From: Candidatus Subterrananammoxibius californiae
GTDB lineage: Bacteria > Planctomycetota > Brocadiia > Brocadiales > Subterrananammoxibiaceae
DNA length: 33,800 nt
Direction: 5' to 3'
Assembly: GCA_030586555.1 (NCBI GenBank)
Contig: JAURAC010000032.1
Coordinates: 1,889-35,688, forward strand
Shown here: one piece after another, positions 27,715-33,800 of the stretch
How positions within the stretch are numbered: the stretch's first letter is position 1
Layout of the letters: each line of letters begins with the position of its first letter
Notes under the pieces: generated by a model
Seen by the model: the letters and a program-made list of their open reading frames with translations, nothing else
Told to the model about the DNA's origin: nothing
Databases searched by the model: none
Program-made: the position numbers and the translations under genes

Positions 27715-28578
27715 ATGACGAAACATATTGACACTGTTCAAGAATCTATAGAGTACATAAAGAGCAAGGCGACTATTGCCGTGCCCCATGTTGGCATTGT
27801 CCTCGGTTCAGGATGGAATTACTTTGCGGAGACATTGGACGACAAGTGCGTTATTAATTATTCGGATATTCCATGTTTCCCACTATTTTCCGCAGAAGCT
27901 TATCGTGGCAAGCTCATAATTGGCAAATTGGGAGACGTGAGCATTGCATGTTTGCAAGGCAGGTTGCACTGCTATGAAGGCTATACGGCAAGACAGTCAG
28001 CTTATCCTATTAGAATACTTTGTGGTCTTGGCATTCATGCCTTAGTTGTAACGAATGCGGCTGGCGGGATAAATCCCAAATTTTCCCCGGGTGATTTCAT
28101 GTTAATCACAGACCAGATTAATATGAGCGGCGATGACCCTGTAAGGGCATTCAGCGATACATCGTATGGCGCAAGGTTTCCTGATATGTCAGAAGCCTAT
28201 AATAAAGAATTAATTCAAGACGCAGAGGATGCCTTAAGAAGGCTCGGTATCGCAATTAAAAAGGGTGTTTATATTGGCGTCAGTGGACCGTCATTTGAAA
28301 CGCCTGCCGAAATCAGGATGTTCCGATTGTTTGGGGCTGATGCAGTAGGGATGTCAACCGTTCCTGAGGTAATTGCCGCTAATCAAATGGGCATCAAGGT
28401 GTGTGGGCTTTCGTGTATTACAAACATGGCTGCAGGAATCTCACTACAAAAGATAAGCCATGAAGAGGTTCTTGCTACTATGGAAAGCCTGCGGGATAAA
28501 TCCGTATCTTTATTAAAGGCAGTCGTAACTGCCGTATGCCAGAAGACAGGTAATAGAAGGCTGAAGGCTGAGGGCTGA
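27715..28578 (+). CDS. punA: Purine nucleoside phosphorylase (trimeric type)
   Basis: GIVLGSG, QGRLHCYEGY, TNAAGG, GPSFETPAE, GADAVGMSTVPE, ITNMAAG. Confidence 0.93.
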   Translation: MTKHIDTVQESIEYIKSKATIAVPHVGIVLGSGWNYFAETLDDKCVINYSDIPCFPLFSAEAYRGKLIIGKLGDVSIACLQGRLHCYEGYTARQSAYPIRILCGLGIHALVVTNAAGGINPKFSPGDFMLITDQINMSGDDPVRAFSDTSYGARFPDMSEAYNKELIQDAEDALRRLGIAIKKGVYIGVSGPSFETPAEIRMFRLFGADAVGMSTVPEVIAANQMGIKVCGLSCITNMAAGISLQKISHEEVLATMESLRDKSVSLLKAVVTAVCQKTGNRRLKAEG

Positions 28579-28651
28579 AGGTGGTTGGCATTGGCACTCT
28601 TTTTTTCTTCAGCCTTAAGCCATGACCTATGACCTATAACCTAAGACCTAT
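28548..28651. repeat. Nested inverted heptamer arrays
   Basis: AAGGCTG-like x3 ... CTTCAGCCT, then ATGACCT ATGACCT ATAACCT AAGACCT. Confidence 0.85.
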
Positions 28652-29450
28652 CAAAGGTTTTACCTTACTTGAAATAATTGTTGTTTTAGCCATCATGGGT
28701 ATCCTTGCCGGCGCTACTACAACAATGGGCTTTTCTCTGCTTAACAGGGCACGTGAAAAGGCAACCTTCGAAGAGATGCAGGAAATCTATAAGGCTATAA
28801 TGGGAAACCCTGCACTTGGAACGTTTGGGTTTGTCGGAGATATGGGAAGGTTGCCAGATAACCTTACAGAATTGGCTGATAAAACGGGTCAACCAGACTA
28901 TGATATTAAATCTACAACGAATGTCCCACCAGAAGATAGCAACGGCATCAAGTGGGGATGGAACGGTCCTTACCTCAATATTGGTGCAGACCTTCAATCT
29001 TATAACAATGATGAGTGGGGACACGCCTATATTTATGATAATGTTACTGGCAAAATTACCAGTAACGGTCTCGATGGGGTTCCTGGTACATTTGATGATG
29101 TTATCTATCCCCCTTATGAGGTGAGCTATAAAGGTGATGTAACGCTTACCGTATTCGTAAAGGGCACGCCAAACCAATATGAGGGTGGAGGAACTACTAT
29201 AACGATTGAGGTAACTATCTATTCATACGATAACCAGAGCGACAAGATGTATCAGTTTGGGACAATTAATTCGGTAGTTAATGAAGGTAAAAGTTTTAGT
29301 TTTTTCGGCTTAACGCAAGGGTTTCATCCTGTTAAGATAAAGAGGGATATTTTCTATACAGGCATTCCGGAGCCTGACTCCAAAACGTTCTGGCTAAACA
29401 TGAACATCCCACCGAGAGGACAAATCCACCAGGATGTTTACGTTGAGTGA
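28629..29450 (+). CDS. Prepilin-type / GspG-like pseudopilin
   Basis: KG-FTLLEIIVVLAIMGILA cleavage/methylation motif; GWNGPYL, DEWG..Y, S.G.DG..GT.DD. Confidence 0.88.
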   Translation: MTYNLRPIKGFTLLEIIVVLAIMGILAGATTTMGFSLLNRAREKATFEEMQEIYKAIMGNPALGTFGFVGDMGRLPDNLTELADKTGQPDYDIKSTTNVPPEDSNGIKWGWNGPYLNIGADLQSYNNDEWGHAYIYDNVTGKITSNGLDGVPGTFDDVIYPPYEVSYKGDVTLTVFVKGTPNQYEGGGTTITIEVTIYSYDNQSDKMYQFGTINSVVNEGKSFSFFGLTQGFHPVKIKRDIFYTGIPEPDSKTFWLNMNIPPRGQIHQDVYVE

Positions 29451-30600
29451 GAGAGGCTTATCATTATTTACTGTGTTAATCATGATAGGCGTTCTCGGCG
29501 TATCATTGACTGTAACACGCTTCTTCCTTTATCAGCAAACAAGTGCTCAACGTGAATCAGAGACCAGAAAAGAGATGAAAGAAATTTATGAGGCAATAAT
29601 GGGTAATCCCGAAACGGGGACATTTGGATATGTTGGCGATATGGGCACACCGCCTGCTTCCTTGAATGATTTGGTTGTAAATCCTGGTACCTCTTTTGCC
29701 TTTACAGGAACCAATGGGGTAAAGATAGGCTGGAACGGACCTTATATTAATGCAGGACATGATTTGGAATCATATAAGAAGGACGCATGGGGAAATGATT
29801 ATGCAATTGTTAGTGGTTATCAAATTCGTAGTAATGGTTCAGATGGCATAGCTGATACCCCTGATGATATTGTGTTTCCCTCAAAACCTCTTAATTCCTT
29901 TGACGGCTTTCTTGCGCTAAAGGTGCCAAAGGGCGGTGTGCTATGCGAGGAGTCTGATATAAGCGCGATTGTACATTATAGCAATAATGGATTAGAAGAT
30001 ACACTTACGGCTGTCTTTGACCCAATTAAAACAGAATATAGTTACTACGTATCAGATGCAATTCCACTTCATCACGGCATCCATGCTGTGGAAGTTAGAG
30101 ATACTATTGGTAAAACGGTGCTTGCCAACGTTGCCGTATTTGCAGAATCAACGAATACACAAATTGTGGGGACATTTCCTTATGAAGGTATTAATCTACA
30201 TCCGCAGTTTACACCATATATTAATCCGGTTGATAATAGGGCAGTCGAACTAAACATCGTTAATGCCACAGGCTGTACGGAGGGCGAAGGCGTTTCTTAT
30301 AATATTTCTCAAATGGATATTGCGATAGCGGGAAGCGGTGGACAACAATATCTTTCTGAAATCTATTTCAACGACATTTTGGTGTTTACTGCCAACCCAA
30401 CCATACTCGTGAGCAGCGACTTGGGAAATCCGACCAGCATTTCCCCATTAGAAGCAACATTAAAACCAGGCTTATCCCATAATAAACTTATCTTTCAGGA
30501 CGCTTCAGCGTCTGGCATTTATCAGCTTACCTACCACTACACTGATACAGAAGAACCCATGGCTTTAAAGTATAGTACAATAAGTTTTAGGCTTGAGTAA
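29434..30600 (+). CDS. Second GspG-like pseudopilin paralogue (start 29434 or TTG 29443)
   Basis: RG-LSLFTVLI leader; shares EIY.AIMGNP..GTFG.VGDMG, GWNGPY and D.WG with the upstream gene. Confidence 0.78.
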   Translation: MFTLSERGLSLFTVLIMIGVLGVSLTVTRFFLYQQTSAQRESETRKEMKEIYEAIMGNPETGTFGYVGDMGTPPASLNDLVVNPGTSFAFTGTNGVKIGWNGPYINAGHDLESYKKDAWGNDYAIVSGYQIRSNGSDGIADTPDDIVFPSKPLNSFDGFLALKVPKGGVLCEESDISAIVHYSNNGLEDTLTAVFDPIKTEYSYYVSDAIPLHHGIHAVEVRDTIGKTVLANVAVFAESTNTQIVGTFPYEGINLHPQFTPYINPVDNRAVELNIVNATGCTEGEGVSYNISQMDIAIAGSGGQQYLSEIYFNDILVFTANPTILVSSDLGNPTSISPLEATLKPGLSHNKLIFQDASASGIYQLTYHYTDTEEPMALKYSTISFRLE

Positions 30601-30602
30601 AC

Positions 30603-31583
30603 ATGAGCATACCACTTTGGATATTGACAGGTCAAACGGCAAGCGGAAAATCTGAGGTTGCGCCTGGCATTGCATCTGAACTCGATGCCGAGATTATTTC
30701 CGCTGATTCCATGCAGGTTTATCGCGGCATGGATATTGGCACGGCAAAGCCATCCATTGAAGTAAGAAGACAGGTCCCCCATCATCTTATTGACATTTTA
30801 GACCCATGGGAAAGCTACAGCGCAGGCAAGTACGTGAAGGATGCCGAGCAGGTTATTCATGAAATTGTGAAAAGGGGCAAACGCTCTCTCGTGGTTGGCG
30901 GAACCGTTCTGTATATAAAGAGCCTTATAGAGGGCATCTTTACTGGTCCCCAGGCGGATTGGAATCTCCGCAAGGAATTAGAAAGGCTGTCAGAGGAAAG
31001 GGGGACGGCGTATCTTTATAATATGTTAAAAGAGGCGGACCCACAAGCAGCATCAAGGTTGCACCCTAACGACCTTAGAAGAATTACAAGGGCGCTGGAG
31101 GTCTACGAGAAGACAGGCAAGGGCATCTCAACCTTCCAGAGCCAATGGCAAAGATATGTTGTAGTAGGGGCAGGTTTAAAACCCGCCCCTACCATTCAGA
31201 AACGGAGGTACATCCCTACAATCGTGGCAATAAGAAGAACCAAAGAGGATTTGCACAACAGGATAGAACACAGGGTTGAAAGGATGTTTGAGCTCGGTCT
31301 TCTAAATGAGGTTCGCTTACTTCTCGAAAATCCCAATGGCTTGAGCAGGGAGGCAAGGCAAGCCCTCGGCTATAAGGAGGTTATTGAGCACCTCGCAGGT
31401 AATTATGAATTAGAGGAATGCAAGGCACTTATAAAGAAAAGGACACGCCTCTTTGCCAAACGCCAGATGACCTGGTTCAGGAGCTTTCCTTGTGTACATT
31501 GGGTGGATGTGGGGGAAAAAGAAAGTACCGAGTCCTTACTGGAAAAAGTAAAGAAAACTTTTGACAAAGGAATATCTCTATGA
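30603..31583 (+). CDS. miaA: tRNA dimethylallyltransferase
   Basis: GQTASGKS, IISADSMQVYRGMDIGTAKP, VGGT.LY, QALGYKE, AKRQMTWFR. Confidence 0.97.
   Translation: MSIPLWILTGQTASGKSEVAPGIASELDAEIISADSMQVYRGMDIGTAKPSIEVRRQVPHHLIDILDPWESYSAGKYVKDAEQVIHEIVKRGKRSLVVGGTVLYIKSLIEGIFTGPQADWNLRKELERLSEERGTAYLYNMLKEADPQAASRLHPNDLRRITRALEVYEKTGKGISTFQSQWQRYVVVGAGLKPAPTIQKRRYIPTIVAIRRTKEDLHNRIEHRVERMFELGLLNEVRLLLENPNGLSREARQALGYKEVIEHLAGNYELEECKALIKKRTRLFAKRQMTWFRSFPCVHWVDVGEKESTESLLEKVKKTFDKGISL
31164..31192. repeat. GTAG-type REP inside miaA
   Basis: GTAGGGGCAGGTTT-A-AAACCCGCCCCTAC; encodes VGAGLKPAPT. Confidence 0.9.
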
Positions 31584-31648
31584 TAAATTGTAAGAATAAA
31601 TAAGGGTGTCCTACGCCTAAGGCTATGGAACACCAGGGAGGTTGGTGA

Positions 31649-31888
31649 ATGAAGACATTTGTCCTGAAGGTACTTTTGAATGAAGAAGCAGATGGACGCT
31701 GGAGCGCATCAACTCCTGTACTTCCTGGCTGTTCGAGTTGGGGATATTCTCAACAGGAGGCATTAGAAAATATAAAAGATGCCGCTGAAATATATATAGA
31801 GGATATGTTAGATGCAGGAGAGGTTCTTTCAACGCCTTCGGATGAAGTAGAGGTCATAGAAGCACCTGCCGTAGCGGTTTCCTTATGA
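31649..31888 (+). CDS. hicB: HicB family antitoxin (short form)
   Basis: DGRWSA.TP.LPGCSSWG.SQQEALENIKDA; GGGAGG RBS. Confidence 0.9.
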   Translation: MKTFVLKVLLNEEADGRWSASTPVLPGCSSWGYSQQEALENIKDAAEIYIEDMLDAGEVLSTPSDEVEVIEAPAVAVSL

Positions 31889-31941
31889 TTCACAAACTCA
31901 AAAATATTCCTGTTAGAGAACTCATCAGGGCGTCCGCCTGA
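31885..31941 (+). pseudogene. Truncated HicA-like toxin (18 codons)
   Basis: ATGA overlap with hicB; MIHKLKNIPVRELIRA resembles a HicA N-terminus; TGA lies inside the palindrome GTCCGCCTGAGGCGGAC. Confidence 0.65.
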
Positions 31942-32058
31942 GGCGGACTCAACACGACTGTGGGAGGCTAATGTCATCCCCCTAACCCTCCCCCTCGAGG
32001 AGAGGGATGGGGTGATGGGGGCCGAGAAGCAAGCGGGCACGCCCGCCTCAGCGGGGGC
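31932..32058. repeat. Cluster of palindromic elements
   Basis: GTCCGCCTGAGGCGGAC (31932-31948), C/G-rich hairpin (31974-32016), CCCGCCTCAGCGGG (32042-32055). Confidence 0.8.
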
Positions 32059-32093
32059 TAGAACTTGTTTTTCACCGGTCACTGCACTCCAAA

Positions 32094-32636
32094 TCAAATC
32101 CCGTACTCATAGAGTCGAACGACGGAAACGTCGGGGTTATTCGTTGCGCCTGATCTTGTACGACTTACTTTGATTTGGACATAGTAAGCATAGCTAAAAA
32201 AATCGAAGGTGTGAGTGAAGTCGACCGCATGCGTTTGGGAGGAGGAGCTTGCCCCGAAGTCGTTACTATTAAATGTCGCAATCGTAAACACTCCACCTGT
32301 ACTGTTGCTGACTCGTATTAATTCAACAGTTACGCTGTTCGAGGTGGCGCTTCCGTCCGGGTCTCTGTAGATGACTTGCAACACGCTCCAACCTGAGTAA
32401 AAGTCACCACTTATTGGACTTGTGACATTGCATTTTGCGTAAATATCGCCAGTCTGAGTACCTTTATGTCTGAACCGAGCAGCAGTAGATTCGTACTTAT
32501 TGAGGCTTGACTCGTCGGGAATAAAGGCACCCGCTACACCCGTCCAAGGTTGACTTGCCATAGCTGCATTCTGGGAAAATAGCAAGACTCCCAATACCAT
32601 CGGAACAAGTAAGTACATTTTGCTTTTAGTTTTCAT
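32094..32636 (-). CDS. Secreted hypothetical protein
   Basis: AGGAGG RBS; signal peptide ending AMA-S; Ser/Thr-rich, predicted beta-rich. Confidence 0.8.
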   Translation of the reverse strand: MKTKSKMYLLVPMVLGVLLFSQNAAMASQPWTGVAGAFIPDESSLNKYESTAARFRHKGTQTGDIYAKCNVTSPISGDFYSGWSVLQVIYRDPDGSATSNSVTVELIRVSNSTGGVFTIATFNSNDFGASSSSQTHAVDFTHTFDFFSYAYYVQIKVSRTRSGATNNPDVSVVRLYEYGI

Positions 32637-32763
32637 GTTTTGATTCCTCCTTACTTGGGTTGAAGTGCATTTATAATTAGTTCCTTGACAATCACAGACT
32701 CAAATAATAGTTTTATTTCATAAGTATTGCCTCCTTTTGTTAGGCTTTTTGGTCAATTGTAAG

Positions 32764-33006
32764 TCAGCTTAACGAAAGTAAACTCTCGACTGAAATATCT
32801 TCATCAACATCTTCCCAGTGAATGCCTATTCCACCGCCAATAAGACGCCAATTTTGTCGTTGTTTTTCTGTGGCATCCCGTAACCGTGGAAACCATTCTA
32901 ATGGTACAGACACCTCACGTCCATCCGCAAGTACAACACATAGCAAATTGTCTCTGAAATATACATCCACTGCGAGAGGCTCTATTTTAACGCTTAAAGT
33001 ACGCAT
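32764..33006 (-). CDS. DUF2442 family protein
   Basis: LADGREVSVPLEWFPRL..AT, GIGIHWEDVDEDISVESLL. Confidence 0.9.
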   Translation of the reverse strand: MRTLSVKIEPLAVDVYFRDNLLCVVLADGREVSVPLEWFPRLRDATEKQRQNWRLIGGGIGIHWEDVDEDISVESLLSLS

Positions 33007-33223
33007 TCCATCTCTCCTTTAAAATTGATTTATTTTCCTCAATTAGACTTCTGATATTTGATAACTCATGACTTTTAAAGTTACGTGAACGGGCTAATTC
33101 TACAGGCTCAAGCCAGAATTTCGCATATTTCCCAGCATGCTCAACATGAATATGTGGTGGCTCCCTGCCTTCAAGGCTGAAAAAGAAGAAGCGATACCCT
33201 TTAATTCTTAAGATTGTGGGCAT
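32987..33223 (-). CDS. DUF4160 family protein
   Basis: MPTILRIKGYRFFFFS, EPPHIHV, AKFWLEP. Confidence 0.9.
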   Translation of the reverse strand: MPTILRIKGYRFFFFSLEGREPPHIHVEHAGKYAKFWLEPVELARSRNFKSHELSNIRSLIEENKSILKERWNAYFKR

Positions 33224-33243
33224 ATCAAATACAATAAAACAAC

Positions 33244-33800
33244 CTACGCTATTATCAGAAGGCCTCTCAAGCCGTCAACCACATAAGCCGTGCTGCCTGA
33301 GACGTAGACGCCTGTTGCAAAGCCCTGCGTATTATAACTACCGAGTAGTGTTGGCGCTTTAGGGTCAGAGACGTCTATTAACTGAAGCCCACTGCCCTCG
33401 TCAGCCACGTATGCCGTATTGCCTGAGACATAGACGCATCCTGCCCAGTCGGGCGTAGCATAATTGCAAAGCAGTATCGGCGCTTTTGGGTTAGAGACGT
33501 CTATTATCTGAAGGCCGCACCTTTCGTCTGCTACGTATGCCGTACTGCCTGAGACATGGATGCTCCTTGCATAACCTGATGTATCATAACTGCCAAGTAG
33601 TGTGGGCATTTTAGGGTTAGAGACGTCTATTATCTGGAGTCCACTGCCTTCATCAGCCACGTATGCAATGTTGCCAGAGACATAGACGCTCCATGCGTAG
33701 CCAGGCGTATCATAACCGCCAAGCAGCACCGGGGATTTTGGGTTAGAGACGTCTATTATCTGAAGACCATTCCCATAGTCAGCCACGTATGCCGTCTTGC
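33244..33800 (-). CDS. LVIVD-repeat protein, C-terminal part (5' end beyond the window)
   Basis: 42-aa (126-bp) repeats VYVSGNxAYVADxxxGLQIIDVSNPKxPxLLGSYDT. Confidence 0.9.
   Translation of the reverse strand, partial: KTAYVADYGNGLQIIDVSNPKSPVLLGGYDTPGYAWSVYVSGNIAYVADEGSGLQIIDVSNPKMPTLLGSYDTSGYARSIHVSGSTAYVADERCGLQIIDVSNPKAPILLCNYATPDWAGCVYVSGNTAYVADEGSGLQLIDVSDPKAPTLLGSYNTQGFATGVYVSGSTAYVVDGLRGLLIIA

Noticed and set aside
28686..29177. 163-aa minus-strand ORF
   Set aside because: Antisense to the pseudopilin gene.
31605..31634. Hairpin upstream of hicB as a tRNA or riboswitch
   Set aside because: Too short, no cloverleaf; single copy here, probably another palindromic element or a terminator.
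31750..32097. 115-aa minus-strand ORF containing SASGG
   Set aside because: Made of repeat sequence and antisense hicB.
33244..33800. 126-bp direct repeats as CRISPR or diversity-generating repeats
   Set aside because: They are LVIVD coding repeats; no spacers, cas genes or reverse transcriptase in the window.

Overview
Bacterial chromosomal window; the gene content (Ahb haem pathway, PPDK, AddAB) suggests an anaerobe, possibly Planctomycetota/Brocadiia, but that is inference only. Housekeeping genes (pyrC partial, trpC, ndk, mtnA, addB-addA, ppdK, purine nucleoside phosphorylase, miaA, ahb genes) are interleaved with five toxin-antitoxin-type modules, a REP-associated tyrosine transposase (RAYT) with its own inverted repeats, two pseudopilin-like paralogues, and TPR and LVIVD repeat proteins. 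The main unexplained signal is about 30 short palindromic or 7-8 bp tandem-repeat elements of at least six families, many inside open reading frames of conserved genes (about nine in addB/addA). They also appear to supply a lipoprotein signal peptide, a prepilin leader, stop codons and a 5' UTR, and one truncates a HicA toxin. Also notable: a PCP_red/sulfite-reductase-like/ferredoxin/AhbA fusion, an unlisted 48-aa zinc-ribbon ORF, and an HD-GYP gene bracketed by a duplicated 41-bp promoter. All protein calls come from motif recognition, not database searches.
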